DNA of 64,000 nt from a virus (Duplodnaviria; Heunggongvirae; Uroviricota; Caudoviricetes): IMG/VR virus record IMGVR_UViG_3300001688_000696; one strand, 5' to 3'. Both the position numbers and the translations under genes were made by a program. Below, piece by piece: positions 19,714 through 28,534 of this stretch. The notes under the pieces were generated by a model. The model made no database searches, was not told the DNA's origin, and saw only the letters and a program-made list of their open reading frames with translations. Position 1 is the stretch's first letter; each line of letters starts with the position of its first letter.

Positions 19714-19737
19714 AAACTTTTCCCGCGGGAAAAGTTT
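19714..19737. promoter_or_regulatory. parS-like palindrome 5
   Basis: Identical 24-bp palindrome. Confidence 0.8.
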
Positions 19738-19776
19738 AAATCAAAAGCTCCGGTTGATTGCCGGAGCTTTTGATTT
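19738..19776. terminator. Bidirectional terminator
   Basis: aaatcaaaagctccgg-loop-ccggagcttttgattt. Confidence 0.75.
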
Positions 19777-19955
19777 GACGAAAAGGATGTGTGGGGTAGG
19801 GTGAGGGGAAGTGACGCTAAATTTAGCCGCGAGTTCGTGAAGGTGTGCAGTCGCTAGAGGTTATTCGATAGCTTTGGGTTGGTTTTGACCGGTCTTGCGC
19901 GGCCGGCCGCCTTTCTTTTCATTGGCGGAGCTGGCGGCGGCTTTGCGTTCGCTCT

Positions 19956-20285
19956 TCACCGAACCGCCGCCGCCGCTTTGATGTCGTCCAGCTCAAACAG
20001 CGGCGCATCTCCGATGGTCTCCGCCACAATTTGCCCATTGCCGTCCAAATACAACCATTTGAACAAGCCGTTTTCGTAGTCGACCGCCTTTTCGATTTTT
20101 TCGGTGTAGCTGCGGACAATGCGCACCAGCCGGACGTGATAGCCAGTGTAGTACGCATTTTTGGAACCATCACTAATGTTTGCCTGATGGCCGGCAGCAT
20201 CGGCGTCCAACTGGCTTTCCCGCTCGATTTTGTGCATGGCGGCGGTGTTGTGTTTGTAGGTGGTAGTGTCGATGAGAACCTTCAT
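19956..20285 (-). CDS. Hypothetical protein
   Basis: ATG 20285 with SD AAGGAG. Confidence 0.6.
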   Translation of the reverse strand: MKVLIDTTTYKHNTAAMHKIERESQLDADAAGHQANISDGSKNAYYTGYHVRLVRIVRSYTEKIEKAVDYENGLFKWLYLDGNGQIVAETIGDAPLFELDDIKAAAAVR

Positions 20286-20483
20286 TTTTTGCTCCTTTTT
20301 TGCTCCGAAAAAATGACCTTTTCGCAAGTCATTTTTAACCTAAACCTAACCGCTTGGGATAAACCAAATCGCTTAAAGAACTTTATCAATTATTGCACAA
20401 ATGTGCTGCTTTTTCAATAGTTTTTGTATAAATATGATGATTGTCATTGTAAAATCGTGATGAATCTCCGTTCTTTTCTATAA

Positions 20484-21452
20484 TTATTCTTCGTCAATCA
20501 AATCCGAGATGTCTTCGCCGTCCAGCGCTCGCTTGAAAATGTCCTGTAACTCACGTTGGATGCTCTGAATGCGGGAAGCGGGTACTTCAAGAGTCCTGGC
20601 GATTTCATCAGCCCTGTAACCTTGCAGCAGGAGATGAAGAATCTGCATCTGTTCTGGCTTCAATACCTCTACCACTTTTTCATAGGTCATGCGAACATTT
20701 AGATGCTCTTCCAGCATTGTCTGGTCTCCGCCAAAGCCGTTTTCGACCCACGGATAGTCGCCCTGATGGGTTGCAACTCGGTCTTCCCACGCTGAAGCTT
20801 CGTTATTGGTTGATTCACCATCATCGAAGTCGTAGTCGCTGAAAGTCATTTCTTTGCTGCGCTGGCGTTCAATGAACGCGTTCTTCGCCACACGAACCAG
20901 CCACGCTTCGATTGAGCCTTCGCCGCTCCAACCATTTGTTTTGTTTGTCGTCTCGATAAGGCGAGTGAAAGCGTATTGGACGTAATCTTCTACAATGTCA
21001 ACCGGCATACTCGTTGACAGCCCGCGCTTAATCCGGTCTGCGAGAAGTTCATAAAGGGCATTGACGGTTTCCAGCGGGCGGTGGCGTGTTTCACGCTTCA
21101 GCCGCATGAAGTCCCTTTCGTTCAGCATTTGTTCAATTTCTGCCCGGAACTCGTCGCTGATAGTAATGTGTTTGAAGTGTTCGTCCGTTTTTGGTGCGGA
21201 TAACGGTTCACTGGCGTGATTTGTAGGGGCATCCGGTTCGATAACAAAATCTGTATTGTCGTTCGCTGCGGCGAGAAAACTTTGGAAAATTTCTTCAAAT
21301 CGTGCCTCAGCATCGATGTCGGACGTTTCGGAGGGGGGCAACGCCCCGTTCAATGCATCGTCAACGGACGATAATAGTTGGTCTCGTTGTGATGCGATTT
21401 TTGTTCGATAACCTCTACGGCGAGAGGAGGTAGATAGAGTATCGGGTGCCAT
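20484..21452 (-). CDS. ECF-type sigma-70 factor with N-terminal extension
   Basis: Region 2-like EDYVQYAFTRL...SIEAWLVRVAKNAFIERQR and region 4-like LKPEQMQILHLLLQGYRADEIARTLEV. ATG 21452 with SD GAGG. Confidence 0.75.
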   Translation of the reverse strand: MAPDTLSTSSRRRGYRTKIASQRDQLLSSVDDALNGALPPSETSDIDAEARFEEIFQSFLAAANDNTDFVIEPDAPTNHASEPLSAPKTDEHFKHITISDEFRAEIEQMLNERDFMRLKRETRHRPLETVNALYELLADRIKRGLSTSMPVDIVEDYVQYAFTRLIETTNKTNGWSGEGSIEAWLVRVAKNAFIERQRSKEMTFSDYDFDDGESTNNEASAWEDRVATHQGDYPWVENGFGGDQTMLEEHLNVRMTYEKVVEVLKPEQMQILHLLLQGYRADEIARTLEVPASRIQSIQRELQDIFKRALDGEDISDLIDEE

Positions 21453-21474
21453 AGTTTTCCTCACCGGTAATTTT

Positions 21475-22932
21475 TTAAAATGGAATAGAGTCGGCGTCAT
21501 CGCCAAAATATTCGTCTCCAATTTCAGGGGGTTCGTTGCCCAGCGGTGGAAGGCTTTCGGTTTCTTTTTCCGCAGCGGTTTCAAGATAACCTTTGAAGAT
21601 GCCCTGAGCGGCAGCGTTCCAGTCATCCTCCTCGAAAAAGCTGGTGATGTTGGCGTTCCAAATCAGCTCGATGTTGACATCGGACGGCCCGAAGCGGTTC
21701 TTTTTGATTTTCAAAAGGCGCTTGTTTTCGTCAGTCGGGTTTTTATCAAGGAACAGAACAAGGTCAGCGGCGTGTTCAATTGCCCGAGCGCCGTAAGATT
21801 TCACCTGACCATCCGAACCCTCTGTGATTTGAGAAGCAATCATCATGTGTGTGTTGTATTGCTGAGAAAAACCACGTAGGGCGCGAGAAACAGCTTCCAA
21901 ATCATCCGGGCGAGAAACAAAGCGACCAAGATTGCCCATCGTCAACTGCTGGATATAGTCAACGATTACCAATTCCGGCGATTTCCCGTGAATGCGGATG
22001 TAATCTAAAATTTCCGCCTCGATGTACGAGATTTCCCCTGTGTTTCCCGGATACTGAATGGAAACACGCTGGTCGAGTTTTTCCGCCGTCTCGATGATTT
22101 CGTCGGGTATATGCCCACTTTTCATGGTATTCAGCAGGAGCGTCACCGGCTGGCGGGTGGCTTGAGAAAGCATTCTGTCCATGAGCTGAGACTGCGACAT
22201 CTCAAAGCTCAGAATGAGGACATCCCTTTCTTCTTCTAAAGCCACATGATTTGCCAATTGCAGAATGAAGGACGTTTTACCGAAACCGCTCCTCGCTTCC
22301 ACAATAGTTGCCCGCTTCTGAATCAGACCGCCTTCATTGATGCGATTGTTCAGGCTGGAAAAGCCCGTGCCTAGCTTGTATTCAGTTACCTGGTTGTTCG
22401 GGTCAGAGGCAGCCTTGATGCGTTCCATGAAGGTCTTTGGTTCATTGTCTGTTTCCAGGAAATAGACCTTCGTGAGTACCAGCATTTCGTTGGTGACATC
22501 TTTCAGGTCGCTGTACTTTTTCAGCAAACCAAAAACGACATCATCCTTTTGCATCTGGTACATATCGTTGAGGTATTCTCGCAGCAGCTTGGTCAGCACA
22601 CCCTGCACATACACGATGTTGTAGGGGGCAGTCTTCGTCAGCATATCGCTTTCGACACGTTCGTGAGCTGTGTTGTAATAAATGTCCAGGGCATTTTTTG
22701 TGCTTGGCTCACCGGCGAACTTGTCGATAATGCCCGACATGATGCTGTGTTCATTTCCTTTGGCGATTTTCAAATTCGGGTCGGCCAAAGCTTTGATGAC
22801 CGGATGCAAAACCGGGAACCGGATTTCAGAATAGGCGGCGATTGAATTGCGAAGCTGACCGTCAAGATACGGCCATGCCGCCAGAATTTCAGCGACCGCA
22901 ATAATTTCCTTTTCAATATTTTTATGCGTCAT
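21475..22932 (-). CDS. dnaB: Replicative DNA helicase
   Basis: EARSGFGKTSF, LSFEMS, IVDYIQQL, ASQI, AIEHAADLVLFL, KKNRFGP. Confidence 0.88.
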   Translation of the reverse strand: MTHKNIEKEIIAVAEILAAWPYLDGQLRNSIAAYSEIRFPVLHPVIKALADPNLKIAKGNEHSIMSGIIDKFAGEPSTKNALDIYYNTAHERVESDMLTKTAPYNIVYVQGVLTKLLREYLNDMYQMQKDDVVFGLLKKYSDLKDVTNEMLVLTKVYFLETDNEPKTFMERIKAASDPNNQVTEYKLGTGFSSLNNRINEGGLIQKRATIVEARSGFGKTSFILQLANHVALEEERDVLILSFEMSQSQLMDRMLSQATRQPVTLLLNTMKSGHIPDEIIETAEKLDQRVSIQYPGNTGEISYIEAEILDYIRIHGKSPELVIVDYIQQLTMGNLGRFVSRPDDLEAVSRALRGFSQQYNTHMMIASQITEGSDGQVKSYGARAIEHAADLVLFLDKNPTDENKRLLKIKKNRFGPSDVNIELIWNANITSFFEEDDWNAAAQGIFKGYLETAAEKETESLPPLGNEPPEIGDEYFGDDADSIPF

Positions 22933-23150
22933 ACGGTTCAATGCACCTTAAGTTGAAAATTCGTAAATCAGGCGAAAAATACTGACTATTACGTTTATGA
23001 TAGCAATGGGGATATTGCACCTCGATGCGGCTAATAAAAGGGATAAAAATCGCTCAAAAATGCTTTTTGTAGACTGTCAAAAGCCCATAAAAAGCACAAA
23101 AGGCAGGTCTTATTTCCCTGCCTTTTGTTTTGTATAATTATTATAGTTAT

Positions 23151-25358
23151 TTACAAACTGGAAGCGGTGTTGATGTTTATCTGACTGTGGTTCTGGTGGT
23201 CACGGTAAACATGGGCGATAGTCGGGTACATGTTCGCCACGTCTTCCAAATGGGTGATGACCATCACCTGTGGAACATTCATGGCTTGCAGCAAGCTGAC
23301 CATCTTTTGTCGGGATTCGGCATCCAGAGAAGCCATCGCCTCGTCTACGATGAAGAACTGGATATTCTTGCTGGACAGCAGCATGGTCGAAATCGCCACG
23401 CGAATGGCGAAGGCAATCTTCACCCGTTCACCACCAGACAGAGCGCCGTAAGCAACGACCCCATCCTTTTTGATGATTTGAATTTCCAGAGTCGGGGTCT
23501 CGTTCCCGTTTTGGTTTTGCTTGCGGGAAATGAAGTCGATTTTCAGCACGTCCGGGGCAAGATTGACGGCGAACTGGGTTGAAATGATGCTGAGTTTTTG
23601 AAGCGATTCTTCCAGCATCATGGCCGGCGCGCCATCCTTGATGGACAGCACCGAAAGCAGCAGATTTTCAATCTCCGCCTGTTCCCGGTAGCTGGTCAGC
23701 GAATTATCAATCTCCACCAGCAAGGCTTTGGATTTTTCGCTCTGTTCGATGCGGTACTGGTTCTTTGCCAGTGTGGAACGCAGTTCCGAGATTTTCGCTT
23801 GCAGTTCTTTGAGTGAGCCGAACTCGATAGGGGAGTGGTCAGCTTCGCTGTTCCCCTCGCCCTGCGCTTCCAGTTCGCTTTCTGCGTAGCGGGCATCTTC
23901 CAGAACAAAGTCGCTGATGGACGCTTTCAGATGGCAATACGCCCTGAACGCATATAAGGCGGCTTTGTAGTCTCCGGTTTCGACCATTTTGCGCAGGGGG
24001 CTGTTTTGGTAAAAGTCCACCGCGAACTGACGCCGGTCAGATAGCTTTTCACGGATTTCCTTGCCCGTCTCCGTTACCTTCTTGAACTCCGGTAGCAGGA
24101 CATTTTTCAAATAATTCAGCCGTTCCGTGCGCTTGTTCAGCAGGGTTTCTTTTTCGGAAGCCGTCTTTAGTTTTGCTTGCACAGCATCAATCTGTTTGAT
24201 GACGGTTTCCAGCCGGTGCTGTGCTTCCTTGCGGTACTGACGGACGTGTTCAACTTCATCCCCGGTAATCGGACGGCCGCACAGCGGGCAATTGCCGTCA
24301 TCCGGGCTGTCGATGCGTAAAACCTGTTCCAGTCTGGCTTTTTCGGCGATTAAAGCATCTCGTTTTTTGGAAAGGGAAGCAACTTCATCTTTGAAGTGCG
24401 CCAGTTCAGCCACTTCTTTTTCCAGATGCGGGATGTCGGCGGTCTGTTTTTTCAATTCAGCGTAGCGCTCTCGCAGGTTTTCCAGCCGGGATTGCAGGTT
24501 CTCCCGTTCCTGATGTAGACGGGCGACGTGCTTTTTGAACGCCTGTTGATAGCGGTTCTGATAATTCAGCGCACCCTGGATAAATTCTTCGGGTTCCAGA
24601 CCAAAGTCATCCAACACCTTTGCAATCGTGCGGTAGCGTTCCCGTTTGTGGAAATTCATCGCCACATTTTCGTAGAACTCTACCTGTGACTGCAACTGCT
24701 GGTTTGTCTGTTCCAGCGCGGCGACTTCATCATCGCTAAGAATGTCCCGCAAGAGAACTAATCGGCGGGCGGTCAACTCACCAATGGATTGATTGATTGC
24801 CTTCAGCGATTTGTTGATTTGCGCATTGACCTTCGCAATGGTCTTCCCTTCGCACAGCAGGTCAATCAGCAGGGAACGCCGCTCGCTTGGGCCGAGTGTG
24901 CTGATGCCGTCAATATCGTTCTGCCCGATGATGAATGTGTTGCGGGCAGACTCTCCATCCAGCCCGAACAGGGTGTCGCTGATATTCCAGTCGGCGCTTA
25001 CTGACCGCGTGGTAAGAACCGTCCATTCTTCATTAGAACCCTCCGGGCGGCTGCGCACCAGCACGTATTTTTTCTTGTTGGTGTTTGCCCGGTGGTATTC
25101 CCGGACGATATGAAACTCCACACCCTGATGAACCAGATACAGTTCGACGCGGTGGAACTCGGCATCATTGTTGGTGATTTCATTGAACGAAGCATCCCGC
25201 AGGATTTTTCCGGTGAGGGCATAATAAATGCCCTCGACCAGCGAAGATTTTCCAGTGCCGTTCTGACCAACGATGCTCATCGCCATCGGAAAGTCGAACT
25301 GGATAAACGTATCACGATGGGAAAGGAAGTTTTGTAAACGCAGTGATTTTAGGTACAT
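23151..25358 (-). CDS. sbcC: SbcC/Rad50 SMC-like ATPase
   Basis: GQNGTGKSS, coiled coils with zinc hook CPLCG, LSGGER, IVDEAMASLD, ITH. Confidence 0.93.
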   Translation of the reverse strand: MYLKSLRLQNFLSHRDTFIQFDFPMAMSIVGQNGTGKSSLVEGIYYALTGKILRDASFNEITNNDAEFHRVELYLVHQGVEFHIVREYHRANTNKKKYVLVRSRPEGSNEEWTVLTTRSVSADWNISDTLFGLDGESARNTFIIGQNDIDGISTLGPSERRSLLIDLLCEGKTIAKVNAQINKSLKAINQSIGELTARRLVLLRDILSDDEVAALEQTNQQLQSQVEFYENVAMNFHKRERYRTIAKVLDDFGLEPEEFIQGALNYQNRYQQAFKKHVARLHQERENLQSRLENLRERYAELKKQTADIPHLEKEVAELAHFKDEVASLSKKRDALIAEKARLEQVLRIDSPDDGNCPLCGRPITGDEVEHVRQYRKEAQHRLETVIKQIDAVQAKLKTASEKETLLNKRTERLNYLKNVLLPEFKKVTETGKEIREKLSDRRQFAVDFYQNSPLRKMVETGDYKAALYAFRAYCHLKASISDFVLEDARYAESELEAQGEGNSEADHSPIEFGSLKELQAKISELRSTLAKNQYRIEQSEKSKALLVEIDNSLTSYREQAEIENLLLSVLSIKDGAPAMMLEESLQKLSIISTQFAVNLAPDVLKIDFISRKQNQNGNETPTLEIQIIKKDGVVAYGALSGGERVKIAFAIRVAISTMLLSSKNIQFFIVDEAMASLDAESRQKMVSLLQAMNVPQVMVITHLEDVANMYPTIAHVYRDHQNHSQININTASSL

Positions 25359-25360
25359 AA

Positions 25361-26635
25361 CTAATCCTGAGATACCTTATTGATATAGCTTCTCAGGGTT
25401 ATGATAGCTTTATCCGCTTGAGGAGGCGTGATAGCGCCCTTTTCAATTTCACCCTGTAAATAACGCTTCGTGATAGAAAGCACCGTATCCCCTTGATGCC
25501 ACGTAATCGGGTCGTTGGAGATGATTTCCAAATCAGCGGCGTAAGTCTTTTCAATGGTCAGGAAACCATAGTGCTGTTCCAGCACTTCTACAAATGATGC
25601 CGGGTTTACGTCCAAACCATTGTTGTCCACGATAAACTTTACCCGCACGAAACGCTCCTTGTCGGGTGGGGCGGTCGTCAGAATGTGGGTGACAATCTGG
25701 TCTTCCGATGAGAATTTGCTTGTTTTCAAAAAAAAATTGGTGTAGGGGCGGATGACAATATCACGGGGTTCAAGGAACAATTCCTTTGTATCCGCATCAA
25801 TTGTCGCCACCACATAACCGTGCGGGGTTTTGCTTTCACCGAAATTCACCGGGTACAGCGAACCGGGGTAGGCGGTACGCTTATCGGCTTTGAGAGAACG
25901 CAGGTGAATATGACCGAGGGCGATATAGTCGTATCCGGTGAAGTTCGCCGGGTAGAACATCAGGTCGTCCTTCATTATCCCGGAAGTAAAATCTTCGCCG
26001 CCCAGCAGTTCGACTTCTTCAGAACTGTAAAAGTCGGTCATCATGCCGTGACCGGCAAATACTTTGACCGTGCCGGCCGGGATGTTTTCTGCCGTTTCTT
26101 TGGCAAAGTTGTTAATCATCCACTGCAATTTCTGTTTGGTGGATGTTTTCATCTGATTGAGCTGGTCGGTTTCATCTTCTTCTGCCAGCATGGTCGTGTC
26201 GGGCCACCCGGCGCAAACCAGCGTCACCGGAATGCCGTCCTTCGTCTCAAAAGACAGTGGGGTAGGGATGTCCACGATATACAGGTTGTTGATTGGCAGC
26301 TCCGCATAATCCGACAGCATATGGGCGTTGCCAATCAGGTCGTGGTTGCCGACCAGAATGATGGTCGGGGCAATCTGTGTCATCCGGGCGAGGCGTTCTG
26401 CCAGAGAACGCAGGATGACGCGGCTGTTAATCGTGCGGTGAAACAAGTCGCCGGTAATCAGGATAAAGTCGGGCTGTTCAGCCTGTGCATCTTCAATGAC
26501 CTTATCCAGCGCCCTGAATACATCAAACACGCTTTGATGCAATGACAGCGCGGCATTCGGAATCGGCTGGAGCTTACCGATATATGTCCCTAAATGAATG
26601 TCGCTAATGTGAAAGATTTTTACCTGTCGGGTCAT
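25361..26635 (-). CDS. sbcD: SbcD/Mre11 nuclease
   Basis: HISDIHLG, TGDLFH, GNHD, AGH, ALGHIH metallophosphoesterase motifs; adjacent to sbcC. Confidence 0.93.
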   Translation of the reverse strand: MTRQVKIFHISDIHLGTYIGKLQPIPNAALSLHQSVFDVFRALDKVIEDAQAEQPDFILITGDLFHRTINSRVILRSLAERLARMTQIAPTIILVGNHDLIGNAHMLSDYAELPINNLYIVDIPTPLSFETKDGIPVTLVCAGWPDTTMLAEEDETDQLNQMKTSTKQKLQWMINNFAKETAENIPAGTVKVFAGHGMMTDFYSSEEVELLGGEDFTSGIMKDDLMFYPANFTGYDYIALGHIHLRSLKADKRTAYPGSLYPVNFGESKTPHGYVVATIDADTKELFLEPRDIVIRPYTNFFLKTSKFSSEDQIVTHILTTAPPDKERFVRVKFIVDNNGLDVNPASFVEVLEQHYGFLTIEKTYAADLEIISNDPITWHQGDTVLSITKRYLQGEIEKGAITPPQADKAIITLRSYINKVSQD

Positions 26636-26643
26636 AAAACCTC

Positions 26644-27375
26644 TTATTCCTTCGTTTTAGTGCCAGCAGGCTGCGGGTCAATTAGTATTGTATTGAGCGA
26701 TATATAGGCCTCGTGCCATTCCTGTGTGCAGAAGAAAAATGCTGGATGACTCATATAGCGGGTAATCAGCGGGATGTAGGGGTATATCGACTGTGGCAGC
26801 ATGGTGTTGAGCCCCATGTAAACATACACCGCGTCTTTTGAGTTCATCAGCAATTTTTCCAGAGCTTCCACATACTCCGGGTTGTTGAGTTCCAGTACGT
26901 TGATATAGATGAAGCCCCGCAATTTTGCTTTGTGTTTTTTTTCGGACAGCTTTCTGAGCAGCTTAAACCGGGACTTGAAAAATTCATCTGGCTGTATATT
27001 CGTATAGCAAAAGCGGGTTTTCCATGTCCCGTTTTTAGCTAAATGGCGATAATTTTCCTCGTCGAGTTTGGCAAGCGTCTTGTCTGTCGGGATTACGCTA
27101 TCGGGTAGATTGACGGCATCAGGAATAAAGAGACTTTGCAGCAGTAAACTTTGTGCTTCACGAATGAAGGCAAACTGCTGTGACATCCCGCAAGCACACG
27201 GCATTCCAGTAGCCACTTCTCGCCCTGTATTCAGGCAAATGCGGCACATTTTTCCCGTGCCGAGACAGGTTTTGCAAAACCGTTGACCTTTACCATTGCA
27301 TTCAGTGCAGGGGATAAACTTATCGCCCCAATCAGGATTCAGAAAGGAAAGTTCTAAAAAGGGTTTAATCGTCAT
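26644..27375 (-). CDS. Zinc-finger protein (CxxCxGxG repeats), possibly a degenerate DnaC/DnaI-like loader
   Basis: CTECNGKG, CKTCLGTG, CRICLNTG...PCAC. No Walker A visible. Confidence 0.5.
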   Translation of the reverse strand: MTIKPFLELSFLNPDWGDKFIPCTECNGKGQRFCKTCLGTGKMCRICLNTGREVATGMPCACGMSQQFAFIREAQSLLLQSLFIPDAVNLPDSVIPTDKTLAKLDEENYRHLAKNGTWKTRFCYTNIQPDEFFKSRFKLLRKLSEKKHKAKLRGFIYINVLELNNPEYVEALEKLLMNSKDAVYVYMGLNTMLPQSIYPYIPLITRYMSHPAFFFCTQEWHEAYISLNTILIDPQPAGTKTKE

Positions 27376-27388
27376 TGTGTTTTTCCTT

Positions 27389-28429
27389 TTACTCGATAAC
27401 TTCGGCCACAAACAACGGGTTATTTTTCTTAGGGGGTTTTTTGCGCCGCCGTTCCCGTTCAACCATCATCATGGTTCCGAGATGGGTCATGGTGGGGTTT
27501 TTCGGCTTCGGTTTTTTGAATGGGTCAGGTACGTACTTGTACCGGTCAAACAGCGCCGGTAGCATTTCCAGAATTTCTTCAGCCGTGATGTTCTTTTCGG
27601 CAATGATTTGCTGCCACCCGGCTCGCCATTCGCTATAGGTTTCCCGTTTTAGCGTATCTGCAACGGCATCGCCATCCCGGAGACGGAAGTATGTCTGTGT
27701 CAGTTCATCCAACATATTGCTTTCGCCCTGCACGCTGGCGGTGACAATATCCGCGTTGTCTAAAATATCTGCGATGACCTCGCCGTTTTTTACCCGGATG
27801 GTCGTGGACAAATCGGTAGAAGCGTGTACCTGCCAGTCGTGTTCGCTTTCGTAGCAGGTCTTTGCGATGGCATATAAAAGATTGTCTCGGTCAGCCACCA
27901 GACATTTGCCGCCGCAGTAATAATCATCCTTCAGGAATTTTTCCCCGTTCATGGTGACAAGCTGGAAAATAAAGCCGAGGATAAATGCGGATGTCTTGTT
28001 TCGCTTTTCACCATTTTTTCCGGTGAGTTTCATATGCTTCAAAACATCCAGAAACTCTTTCGGGAACGGAAAGGAGCGGAATTCGCCAGCGATGAACAGG
28101 GGGTAGCCACCTTCGCCTTCGAGTTCAGGGTAGAGGACGTGGTAGATGGGGAGTAGGGAGTAATCCCCGTCGGCGTCTACTTCCACATAGGACTTGTTTT
28201 GCATTTTTTCTACCAGACCAGCAATTTCGTTTTGACATCCAGCGGTCGGGTCACAGTCCTGCAAAAGGGAATATATGCGCAGAAGGATGACTTTATCTGT
28301 TTCGCTCAGGTCGGCGTCATACAGAAAGTCAATAAACCGCAGGGGAAGGTGCAAAGTTTCTTCCCAGACGATTCCTGCGCTGTACCAATTTATATAATTT
28401 CTAAACTTCAAAGGCATTCTTCGCTCCAT
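27389..28429 (-). CDS. DnaD-like (N-terminal winged-helix) primosome protein
   Basis: LPLRFIDFLYDADLSETDKVILLRIYSL...YSLLPIYHVL resembles the DnaD N-domain; lies upstream of sbcDC-dnaB. Confidence 0.45.
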   Translation of the reverse strand: MERRMPLKFRNYINWYSAGIVWEETLHLPLRFIDFLYDADLSETDKVILLRIYSLLQDCDPTAGCQNEIAGLVEKMQNKSYVEVDADGDYSLLPIYHVLYPELEGEGGYPLFIAGEFRSFPFPKEFLDVLKHMKLTGKNGEKRNKTSAFILGFIFQLVTMNGEKFLKDDYYCGGKCLVADRDNLLYAIAKTCYESEHDWQVHASTDLSTTIRVKNGEVIADILDNADIVTASVQGESNMLDELTQTYFRLRDGDAVADTLKRETYSEWRAGWQQIIAEKNITAEEILEMLPALFDRYKYVPDPFKKPKPKNPTMTHLGTMMMVERERRRKKPPKKNNPLFVAEVIE

Positions 28430-28534
28430 TATTTTTTAGCAAATACTACTTTCATTATAGCGACTGGATTTTTGCGAAAATCTGGTCGCTATAATATTTT
28501 TAGTCACAAATAATATTTTCAAGGGAATAACTCT

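Noticed and set aside
4245-22932. Inteins in RecA, DnaB or RNR
   Set aside because: Lengths are normal and no C...HN splice junction or LAGLIDADG insert was seen in the visible parts.
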